Part shown: positions 1 through 7,450 of the stretch, one piece after another
How positions within the stretch are numbered: the stretch's first letter is position 1
Layout of the letters: every line of letters starts with the position of its first letter
DNA from: Legionellales bacterium
GTDB taxonomy: Bacteria > Pseudomonadota > Gammaproteobacteria > Eutrophobiales > Eutrophobiaceae
Length of the DNA stretch: 47,505 nt
Assembly: GCA_002692205.1 (NCBI GenBank)
Contig: NZJM01000015.1
Location: forward strand, 1 to 47,505
Direction of reading: 5' to 3'
The notes under the pieces: model-generated
What the model was told of the DNA's origin: nothing
Databases searched by the model: none
Seen by the model: only the letters and a program-made list of their open reading frames with translations
Position numbers and translations under genes: made by a program

Positions 1-490
1 AAAAACTACAATATTTGCTACAACCTTCCATTATAGACACAAAAGCAGTCGGCCCATTAGCACTGGGTTTTGGCAAACAATCGAATTTTTCTATTTTAGG
101 GAACGATATATCAACAATTGGTTTTTTATTGGTTATCACATCATCATACATTTGTGGTAGCCGATGCAAAGTCTGAGGACCAAATACAAGGTCTACAAAA
201 GGCGCACGCTCAATGATTGCATTTCCCTCCTGGCTTGCCACACAACCACCAACACCTATCACCATCTCAGGATCCTGTTTTTTTAAAAGCCGCCATCTAC
301 CTAATTGTGAAAACACCTTTTCTTGTGCCTTTTCACGAATAGAACAAGTGTTCAAAAGCACTAAATTAGCCTTTTCTGGGTCATCTGTTCTAGTCATTTT
401 ATGCGCAGCTATCAATGAATCAGCCATACGCGCTGAGTCATATTCATTCATCTGACAACCTAATGTTTTTATGTAAAATTTCTTACCCAT
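1..490 (-). CDS. miaB: tRNA-i6A37 methylthiotransferase MiaB, N-terminal part (gene runs off the left window edge)
   Basis: Absent from the ORF track because the window edge truncates it. Reverse-strand translation from ATG at 490-488 reads [26 protein letters not shown]...[19 protein letters not shown]...[13 protein letters not shown]...[14 protein letters not shown]. That is the MTTase N-domain cysteines plus the start of the radical-SAM CxxxCxxC box. Confidence 0.9.
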   Translation of the reverse strand, partial: MGKKFYIKTLGCQMNEYDSARMADSLIAAHKMTRTDDPEKANLVLLNTCSIREKAQEKVFSQLGRWRLLKKQDPEMVIGVGGCVASQEGNAIIERAPFVDLVFGPQTLHRLPQMYDDVITNKKPIVDISFPKIEKFDCLPKPSANGPTAFVSIMEGCSKYCSF

Positions 491-578
491 ACGTATAAAA
501 TCTTTAAATAAATAGGGTGGCTAAATTACACTTTTCAAGCTTTTATTTCCAGCCAAAATACAGTAAATGAGTATCTAA

Positions 579-1655
579 ATGCCACTTTTAAGCATAATAT
601 TAATGACATTAAATTTATCTACGCCGCTAATTTTAATTATTTTTTTTGCTATATATATAATTATTCATGTAAATTTACTATCATTATTCAAAATCGTTAT
701 AATTTTTTTATTAGTATTTTTCAATCGTTTATTTCAAATAAATATATATATAAATCAGGTATTAAACAAAAATAAAGATAATATGAGAGTTAATAAAAGT
801 CTTAAAATAATATTCTTTTTATATTTCATTTCATGTCAGGTTAGCGCAGAAAATGAGGTACTAAATTCAGCTGTTTCAGATGTTGATTATACTTTCAATT
901 CAGCATCATTTCCCGAAGAAGATAATTTAATAAAACAGGATCAGAATTATGAAAACAAAAAAAATAATTTTTTTATTGATGCTATTAATTCTTCTCTAAA
1001 ACTTATAATAAATTTTGATGCTAGTCTTTTATATGTAGTTACAACTTCATTAAAAATATCATTTATCGCCGTCTTAATTGCATCTTTAATAGGCGTACCC
1101 TTAGGCATTATTGTGGCTCTCAATAATTTTACTGGCAAAAATTTTTTATTGACATGTCTAAATACATTAATGGCAGTACCCACTGTTGTTATTGGATTAG
1201 TACTATATGGAATTTTAAATCGTCAAGGCTTATTAGGTGAGATGGCTTTACTATATACACCTGTTGCCATAATAATTGGCCAATGTTTTCTAGTTACTCC
1301 AATTATATGGAATCTGAGTGTTAGCGCCATTACTGGTTCGGACATAAGATTGAAACATGCTTGCACATTACTTGGCGCTTCTCAGATTCAGCAAATTTTT
1401 ATATATTTAAGCGAGACTAGATTTGCATTAATGACTGCTGTTGCTATTGGTTTCGGCCGAGCGATAGGTGAAGTAGGTATTGCTATGATATTAGGAGGTA
1501 ATATAGAGGGGTTCACGCGCACTATGACTACAGCTATTGCATTAGAAACAAATAAAGGAACTTTCGATTTTGCATTAGCACTCGGATTTATGCTTTTATT
1601 TGTAGCGTTTTTTGTAAATATAATACTTCATTATTTCCAATCAAAATCAAAATGA
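579..1655 (+). CDS. ABC transporter permease, TupB-like (tungstate/molybdate type), with an N-terminal membrane extension of about 130 aa
   Basis: The C-terminal ~230 aa carry the TupB-type stretch LLGAS...ETRFALMTAVAIGFGRAIGEVGIAMILGGNIEGFTRTMTTAIALETNKGTFDFALALG. It overlaps the downstream ATPase gene by 4 nt (ATGA). The start is ambiguous (ATG 579 or ATG 783); codon-periodic T at 579-782 favours 579. Confidence 0.8.
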   Translation: MPLLSIILMTLNLSTPLILIIFFAIYIIIHVNLLSLFKIVIIFLLVFFNRLFQINIYINQVLNKNKDNMRVNKSLKIIFFLYFISCQVSAENEVLNSAVSDVDYTFNSASFPEEDNLIKQDQNYENKKNNFFIDAINSSLKLIINFDASLLYVVTTSLKISFIAVLIASLIGVPLGIIVALNNFTGKNFLLTCLNTLMAVPTVVIGLVLYGILNRQGLLGEMALLYTPVAIIIGQCFLVTPIIWNLSVSAITGSDIRLKHACTLLGASQIQQIFIYLSETRFALMTAVAIGFGRAIGEVGIAMILGGNIEGFTRTMTTAIALETNKGTFDFALALGFMLLFVAFFVNIILHYFQSKSK

Positions 1656-2647
1656 AATATTTATATAGATTAGAGGGTATTGTATACAGTTATCAAAGTG
1701 GTTTTTCTTTGAATAATATAAATATTGAAATTGAAAAATCAAAAATTATAGGACTTGTAGGACCAAATGGTTCGGGTAAAACTACATTATTAAATATTCT
1801 CTCTTTTCTAGATTTTCCACATTCTGGTGATCTACTTTATAATAATATTCTATTAAGAAGGAATAATTTCAGTCACCTAAGAAAAAATATCGCTTATGTA
1901 CAACAATATCCCTATATTTTCAAAGGGACTGTTTATGATAATGTTGAAATAGGATTAAAAATAAGCCATATAAATACAGAAAAAAGAGCTAAAGCAGTAA
2001 CTGAAATTTTATCACTTTTTAACATAGAATACCTATCAAATAGATTAGCCAATACATTATCGGGCGGTGAAGCTAAAAAGGTGGCAGTCGCACAGGCAAT
2101 GGTTCTCAACCCAGATGTATTAATTATGGATGAGCCATTTTCAAATTTAGATGATAATTCAGTTTCAGATTTACAAGATATAATTTTAAGTTTAAAAAGT
2201 AATTTAAATAAAACTATAATATTAACAACGCATGATCAGATAATTTCACAAAGGATTGCAGATCATGTATATACTATTATAGATGGGAAATTATTCCCCG
2301 CACATTTGGTCAACTTGTACAATGGAGAATATATTAAGCATTCTACATCATTTAATACTGGTAAAATTTTAATAAATCTTGCTGGCGGTATAGAAAAAGC
2401 TGATTATGTAGCTATCGACCCAACTCAAATAGTATTATCACACAGCAACCTTAATTCAAGCATGCGAAACAGTTTTAATGGAAAAATAGTATCCATGGTA
2501 GAGGAAGATAGCAATATTAAATTAAATATTGATATAGAGGAGAAAATACAAGCTATAATTACTATGAAAGCTTTTGAAGAATTGGGGTTATCGTTGGGAC
2601 AAAATGTATGGGTAAGTTTTAAAAGCACATCGGTAGCTGCATTTTAA
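1652..2647 (+). CDS. ABC transporter ATP-binding protein with C-terminal TOBE/Mop-like domain (TupC/ModC-like)
   Basis: Walker A GPNGSGKTT, signature LSGGEAKK and Walker B LIMDEP are present. The C-terminal ~70 aa (NSFNGKIVSMVEEDSNIKLNIDIEEKIQAIITMKAFEELGLSLGQNVWVSFKSTSV) resemble the oxyanion-sensing TOBE fold. It is translationally coupled to the permease. Confidence 0.85.
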   Translation: MKYLYRLEGIVYSYQSGFSLNNINIEIEKSKIIGLVGPNGSGKTTLLNILSFLDFPHSGDLLYNNILLRRNNFSHLRKNIAYVQQYPYIFKGTVYDNVEIGLKISHINTEKRAKAVTEILSLFNIEYLSNRLANTLSGGEAKKVAVAQAMVLNPDVLIMDEPFSNLDDNSVSDLQDIILSLKSNLNKTIILTTHDQIISQRIADHVYTIIDGKLFPAHLVNLYNGEYIKHSTSFNTGKILINLAGGIEKADYVAIDPTQIVLSHSNLNSSMRNSFNGKIVSMVEEDSNIKLNIDIEEKIQAIITMKAFEELGLSLGQNVWVSFKSTSVAAF

Positions 2648-2662
2648 TTTTAATTAGATCAA

Positions 2663-3010
2663 ATGAAATTAATCATATCGATAATTTTTCTTTATTTTCC
2701 CGTGCTTGTTAGCGCGGAAAGATTTTATATGGGAAAAAATTTACTCGATTACTGTGATAATTGTGTAAATTCAATAAATGTAACAGCTAGTAGCGCGTGC
2801 GCATCCTGTCTATCAGATATCATATTAATACAAAAAATTCATGTTAAATCCGGAATGATGGAACCTAAGGCATGTATAGAATCAGAAATAAATATCAGGC
2901 AGTTAAGTTTAGCAACTAAAGAATATATTTGGAAAAATCCAGATAGTTTAAAAAAATATTCTCCCGATTTAATTGCTGATTCACTAGAACGAAACTATCC
3001 TTGCAATTGA
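2663..3010 (+). CDS. Small secreted six-cysteine protein; C-terminal half resembles the Rap1a/Tai4-type periplasmic domain
   Basis: Signal peptide MKLIISIIFLYFPVLVSA and six Cys in the mature part. The pattern ...KACIESEINIRQLSLATKEYIWKNPDSLKKYSPDLIADSLERNYPC matches my memory of the Rap1a/Tai4 family layout (C-x-P/E...hydrophobic...P-D/E...YPC). This is recalled from memory and not verified by any search. It lies 15 nt downstream of the ABC ATPase. Confidence 0.55.
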   Translation: MKLIISIIFLYFPVLVSAERFYMGKNLLDYCDNCVNSINVTASSACASCLSDIILIQKIHVKSGMMEPKACIESEINIRQLSLATKEYIWKNPDSLKKYSPDLIADSLERNYPCN

Positions 3011-3025
3011 GTAGGTCTCATATTT

Positions 3026-3400
3026 TTACTTATGATTGTTTTGAATATCTTCTTTTATGTCTTCATGATCCCCAACTATTATATGGTGCTCACTTTTAAC
3101 AACCCATTTTTCTAGAAAGGGGATGGCAATGAAAGGCACTATACCGCCTATCGCGATACCAACCATTGCGAATCTAAGGTGCGGGTCAAATATAGAAGCT
3201 ATTATATCAGCTACTACGTGAGATAAGGCAGCACCGATAATTCCTGCAATATAACCATTACTTATGAGTTTTAAAAATCGGTTTATACTGAATCCAGTAT
3301 AATAGCCAATTAACATAATGCTTGTATGAGTAAAACCGAAAACCAATCCTTGCACATAGATACCTTGTCCAGATACCCAGCCTTCTAAAATATGTTCCAT
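3026..3400 (-). CDS. Small integral membrane protein, function unknown, with a His/Asp/Glu-rich C-terminal tail
   Basis: 124-aa ORF with 3-4 hydrophobic Gly-rich segments and the tail SEHHIIVGDHEDIKEDIQNNHK. No family recognised. Confidence 0.55.
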   Translation of the reverse strand: MEHILEGWVSGQGIYVQGLVFGFTHTSIMLIGYYTGFSINRFLKLISNGYIAGIIGAALSHVVADIIASIFDPHLRFAMVGIAIGGIVPFIAIPFLEKWVVKSEHHIIVGDHEDIKEDIQNNHK

Positions 3401-3645
3401 AAAACCTCCATAAGATAATAATATAACATATAATAGATTTTCTTCAGTACAATTTCATTTAACATAAGGTCATAAGAAAATAATAACATGCTAAATTTTG
3501 ATTCAATTATGCTTTTTTTTTAAGAATAAAATGAATATACTTTTTTAGGGCAGAATTTTAAGAAAGAATAAGGAAAATATTAGTTTTACTGTAGAAGGCG
3601 GTAGCACAGTTAAAATATAAAATCTTTCGTAATAGGTAAAAAATT

Positions 3646-4593
3646 ATGAAAAAAAATGATAATTTAATTAGCGGAGTATACAGAATTGCAGTTTTATTGC
3701 CGTGTTTTAATGAAGAGGCAACAGTAGCTAATGTTGTTAAGGATTTTAAGCGATATATTCCAGAAGCTTTGATTTATGTATATGATAATAATTCATCTGA
3801 TAATACAATTAGAGAAGCAAAGGAAGCTGGTGCAATTGTCAGGTGTGAGCCATCACGAGGAAAAGGCAATGTTGTAAGAAGAATGTTTGCTGATATCGAA
3901 GCTGATATTTTTATTATGTCAGACGGAGACGGTACATATGATATATCTACTTCACCAGCTTTAGTTCAACAGTTGATAGATGAACAACTCGATATGATTG
4001 TCGGGATAAGGGTTCCAGAGGAAGGTGCGCACAGGAAAGGGCATAGTTTTGGTAATTTTATTTTTAATAAAATAATATTATTTATATTCGAAGATAGATA
4101 TACAGATGTATTTTCAGGCTATCGCATATTTTCTAAGCGTTTTGTTAAAACATTCCCGACTTTAAGTAAAGGTTTTGAAGTTGAAACAGAGATATGTATT
4201 CATGCCTTAGATCTCAATATTCCTTTGAAAGAAGTTCCTGTACGTTATAGTAAACGGGTTATTGGGTCTGAAAGTAAGCTAAGAACATTTTCTGATGGGT
4301 TTTTAATTTTACGAACAATTATTAATATGTTTAAGGAAGTTAAACCATTTACCTTTTTTAATATCATTTCAGCTATTTTAATGATAACAGCATTCTTTAT
4401 TAGTTACCCCCTTGTGATTACTTGGATTGAAACTGGCTTGGTTCCACGAATTCCAACAGCAATCATAGTTATGGGGCTAGTTGTATTATCTTTTATTTGT
4501 CTGACATGCGGATTAATTCTCGATTGTGTTGCACGCGGAAGAAAAGAAGCTAAAAGACTATGTTATCTTACATTTCCGATTGTTTCTAAATAA
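3646..4593 (+). CDS. Family 2 glycosyltransferase, polyprenyl-phosphate sugar synthase type (ArnC/GtrB/Dpm1-like), with C-terminal TM helices
   Basis: GT-A N-terminus IAVLLPCFNEE...YVYDNNSSDNT, the DxD region SDGDGTYD, and two C-terminal hydrophobic helices, as in GtrB/ArnC-type enzymes. Confidence 0.85.
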   Translation: MKKNDNLISGVYRIAVLLPCFNEEATVANVVKDFKRYIPEALIYVYDNNSSDNTIREAKEAGAIVRCEPSRGKGNVVRRMFADIEADIFIMSDGDGTYDISTSPALVQQLIDEQLDMIVGIRVPEEGAHRKGHSFGNFIFNKIILFIFEDRYTDVFSGYRIFSKRFVKTFPTLSKGFEVETEICIHALDLNIPLKEVPVRYSKRVIGSESKLRTFSDGFLILRTIINMFKEVKPFTFFNIISAILMITAFFISYPLVITWIETGLVPRIPTAIIVMGLVVLSFICLTCGLILDCVARGRKEAKRLCYLTFPIVSK

Positions 4594-4601
4594 GTAATCC
4601 T

Positions 4602-5783
4602 ATGATAGATCTAGGTTTCTTAAAAAATGAAAATACAATCGTTTATATACTGTTTTTTTCGTTAATCTTAAGATTAATAGCTTTAGTTTTTTTGCCAGAT
4701 CAAAATTTTCCAGATGCTATGTCTTACGAGGATCATGGTATTTGGTTATTTAAGGAAGGTATTTTCCCTGCGGACGTCTATATGCCGTTATATCCTATAT
4801 GGACTTATATAACAGGCGGTGGCATTACATTAAGAGTAGCTGATATCGTATTATCTGTGATGACAGTATGGTTAGTTTGGAAGATAAGTTACACATTATT
4901 CAATAGTAGTAAGCTTGCCTCTCTATCTGCATTAGCAGCTGCCATATGGCCGCACTTTATATTCTACTCAGTCAGTGGGCTTACGGAAACAGCTTATACT
5001 TTCATAATTTGCTTTTCATTTTATTTGCTTTACCGCTCTAGTTATAAGCTAGCAATTATTTTTTTAGTTACATCAATTTTAATAAGACCTACATTAGAGC
5101 CTTTTATCCCTATTCTTTTATTTAGTTTTATGTTCTTTATCCATAGATTGCCAGGAAAAATTATTGTAAAAAATTTATGTTTTTTTGGATTAGTATATTT
5201 ATGCATTATGTCACCTTGGTGGATTTTTCAGTATGAAAAATATGATGACTTTGTTCGACTTAATTTAGGCGCAGGACATATACTTTATTCTGGGAACAAT
5301 ATTCATAATAAAACTGGAGGAGGAATAGGGGGTGGAGTAGATGTTGATTTTTCTGATTTTAGATACATGAAAGATATGCCTATAGAAAGAAACCGTGCAA
5401 TGAAAGAGGAAGCAATAAACTTCATTAAAAATAACCCAGGGTCATTTGTAAACCTCATGGGTAAAAAGTTTGTTAGATTTTGGCGGTTATGGCCATATGC
5501 TGATGAATATAATAAACCCCATTTTATTATTATATCTTTATTAAGTTATGGGCTAATGTTATTTGCATTTATTCATTTTTTATTATTTTTTGTAATTAAA
5601 AATTGGAGGATACATGTACCAATAATTTTATTTATTATTTTTTTAACACTTGTTCATATTATTACAATTGGATCAATTAGATATAGATTTCCAATTGAGC
5701 CTTTTATTATCATCTATGGGTGTTATTCTATTTCGCGATTTCTAGAAAAATATTGCGGTATTTTTTGGAAAAATTATCGCTAG
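4602..5783 (+). CDS. Polytopic GT-C fold membrane glycosyltransferase (ArnT/PMT, GT39-like; exact family uncertain)
   Basis: 393 aa with about 10 hydrophobic helices. An acidic first loop (LPDQNFPDAMSYEDHG) sits where ArnT/PMT enzymes have their catalytic Asp/Glu. It starts 8 nt after the GT2 gene. Confidence 0.7.
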   Translation: MIDLGFLKNENTIVYILFFSLILRLIALVFLPDQNFPDAMSYEDHGIWLFKEGIFPADVYMPLYPIWTYITGGGITLRVADIVLSVMTVWLVWKISYTLFNSSKLASLSALAAAIWPHFIFYSVSGLTETAYTFIICFSFYLLYRSSYKLAIIFLVTSILIRPTLEPFIPILLFSFMFFIHRLPGKIIVKNLCFFGLVYLCIMSPWWIFQYEKYDDFVRLNLGAGHILYSGNNIHNKTGGGIGGGVDVDFSDFRYMKDMPIERNRAMKEEAINFIKNNPGSFVNLMGKKFVRFWRLWPYADEYNKPHFIIISLLSYGLMLFAFIHFLLFFVIKNWRIHVPIILFIIFLTLVHIITIGSIRYRFPIEPFIIIYGCYSISRFLEKYCGIFWKNYR

Positions 5784-5801
5784 TGAATAGATTTTCAAGA
5801 A

Positions 5802-5878
5802 TGGTGGCTATGGGTAGACTTGAACTACCGACCTCGGCGTTATGAGTGCCGCGCTCTAACCAGCTGAGCTACATAGCC
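5802..5878 (-). tRNA. tRNA-Met (anticodon CAU), elongator type
   Basis: Reverse complement is GGCTATG TA GCTC AGCTGGTTA GAGC G CGGCA CTCATAA CGCCG AGGTC GGTAG TTCAAGT CTACC CATAGCC ACCA. This folds as a full cloverleaf with an encoded CCA. A G1-C72 pair excludes the initiator, and the acceptor stem is close to E. coli tRNA-Met(m). Confidence 0.9.
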
Positions 5879-5988
5879 ATGGTATTATTCTTTTTGAAAT
5901 AATAATCGGAGTGCGATTTTCTTTTTTCTTTTCGCTGTTGTCAAGAATCTAATTATAAATATTAAATGAATACAATTGGTAATTTTTT

Positions 5989-6630
5989 CTATTTTTCACG
6001 TTTTCCAAAAATTACCATTGTTTTTCCTGAAACCGATATTAAGTGATCTTCCTCTAGACTCTTTAATACGCGCCCAACCATTTCGCGAGAACACCCAACA
6101 ATTCTACCCAATTCTTGTCTTGTTATACTAATTTGCATCCCATCTGGATGTGTAATTGCATCTGGGCTACTACATAGGTCTAACAAGGTTTTTGCAACAC
6201 GCCCCTTTACATCTGTAAAAGCAAGGTCACTTACCTTGCGACTTGTGCGTCTGAGACGTATAGCTAATTGTGAGGCAATTAAAAACATTAAATCAGGAAA
6301 GATCTCAGTTAAATTTTGTAATTTTTCATAGCTAATTGTAGCAATCTCTGATTTTGGTTTAGCTCTTACAGATGCCGTGCGGCTGTGTTCATCGCCAAAC
6401 ATACCAATTTCACCGAAAAACTCACCAGGATTTAGATACGCGAGAACAATCTCGTTACCTTTCGTATCTTCAATTACAACAGTGACAGAGCCACTTATTA
6501 TGTAATATAAGTCTTTAGATGGGTCGCCTTCCCTAATAATTAACTGCTTTGTTGAGTAGGTATTAACTTCGCAATGTTCAAGAAAGCGTGAGATTACTTT
6601 ACTTTTTTCAGTGGTTGCCTGAGTTGCCAT
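5989..6630 (-). CDS. crp: cAMP receptor protein (CRP/FNR family global regulator)
   Basis: Collinear with E. coli CRP: ...LYYIISGSVTVVIEDTKGNEIVLAYLNPGEFFGEIGMF..., THPDGMQISITRQELGRIVGCSREMVGRVLKSLEE (HTH). It is divergent from a yhfA-like gene, as in E. coli. Confidence 0.92.
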   Translation of the reverse strand: MATQATTEKSKVISRFLEHCEVNTYSTKQLIIREGDPSKDLYYIISGSVTVVIEDTKGNEIVLAYLNPGEFFGEIGMFGDEHSRTASVRAKPKSEIATISYEKLQNLTEIFPDLMFLIASQLAIRLRRTSRKVSDLAFTDVKGRVAKTLLDLCSSPDAITHPDGMQISITRQELGRIVGCSREMVGRVLKSLEEDHLISVSGKTMVIFGKREK

Positions 6631-6718
6631 GTATCATTCCCAAATAAATCATAATTCCTATTTGAGTGATAACTATGTTACTCTTTTTCCATAAAATCAA
6701 CTGCTTGAGGTATATAAA

Positions 6719-7135
6719 TTGAATATTAATGTAAGTTGGGCTGGTGAGGCCCTATTTGTGGGAGAAACAGCTTCGGGTCATAAAATTCTTATGGACGGCC
6801 CTCCTGAGGGAGGAGGCCATGACCTTGGGCCACGACCCATGGAAATGCTGTTATTAGGAACTGGTTCATGTAGTTCTTATGACGTTATTTCAATACTAAA
6901 AAAATCACGTCAAAATGTTACTGCATGTGAAGTTGAAATAAGTTCATCTCGTGCTGAAAGCGAACCCAAAGTATTTACGAGTATTCATATTCATTTCAAA
7001 GTAACTGGTGTTTCATTGAAAGAAAAACAGGTTGAGCGAGCTGTTTCATTATCTGCTGAAAAATATTGTTCTGCTTCAATTATGTTAGGTGCTAGCGCAA
7101 AAATTACGCATACATTTGAAATTATAGATAAATGA
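6719..7135 (+). CDS. OsmC/YhfA family protein
   Basis: 138 aa with the OsmC-type pattern GPRPMEMLLLGTGSCSSYDVISILKK...LSAEKYCSAS (two conserved Cys). It has a TTG start and sits divergent from crp, where E. coli has yhfA. Confidence 0.8.
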   Translation: MNINVSWAGEALFVGETASGHKILMDGPPEGGGHDLGPRPMEMLLLGTGSCSSYDVISILKKSRQNVTACEVEISSSRAESEPKVFTSIHIHFKVTGVSLKEKQVERAVSLSAEKYCSASIMLGASAKITHTFEIIDK

Positions 7136-7154
7136 CTAAGATATTATAGACAAA

Positions 7155-7427
7155 CTATATTTTTTTTGGATTTTCAGCTCGTTTTATATAAAAACTGTAT
7201 ATACCATTGGTTAAATCAAATTTTATGATCTCGTGGTTTGTTCTAGCGCAATATGCTTCAAAATCAATTTTTGAATGAGGATCTGTTGCCTCAACAAATA
7301 AGATTTTTTTCACCGACATTTTATTTAGTAAGACTTTAGTCTTAAGTATTGGTAATGGGCAATTTAATCCTTTTGCATCAAGATAATTGTCGAACTCAAT
7401 TCGATTTTTTATTTTTTCATCTGACAA
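7155..7427 (-). CDS. TusA/SirA-family sulfur carrier protein
   Basis: 90 aa with the diagnostic DAKGLNCPLPILKTK (CPxP) active-site motif. Confidence 0.8.
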   Translation of the reverse strand: MSDEKIKNRIEFDNYLDAKGLNCPLPILKTKVLLNKMSVKKILFVEATDPHSKIDFEAYCARTNHEIIKFDLTNGIYSFYIKRAENPKKI

Positions 7428-7450
7428 ATTTCACTGACCTTTATCGATAG

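Noticed and set aside
213-455. An 80-aa plus-strand ORF at the left edge.
   Set aside because: It lies antisense within the miaB N-terminal coding region, which is clearly the real gene here.
3401-3645. The largest gene-free gap, examined for a riboswitch, sRNA or small ORFs. The 491-578 region upstream of the ABC genes was also examined for a Moco-type riboswitch.
   Set aside because: These are very AT-rich divergent promoter regions. They contain only trivial hairpins (5-bp stems) and ORFs of fewer than 12 codons, and I could not see any conserved riboswitch core sequence.
5928-5939. The 12-mer CTTTTCGCTGTT is shared between the crp downstream region and the slt/TauE intergenic region (28156-28167).
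   Set aside because: By rough estimate, a single 12-nt match in about 47 kb of compositionally biased DNA is expected many times by chance. There is no extended similarity on either side.
6664-6680. A possible CRP autoregulatory site (AGTGA-N6-TGTTA) in the crp/yhfA divergent region.
   Set aside because: The left half matches TGTGA at 4 of 5 positions, but the right half matches TCACA at only 2 of 5. This does not support a site call.
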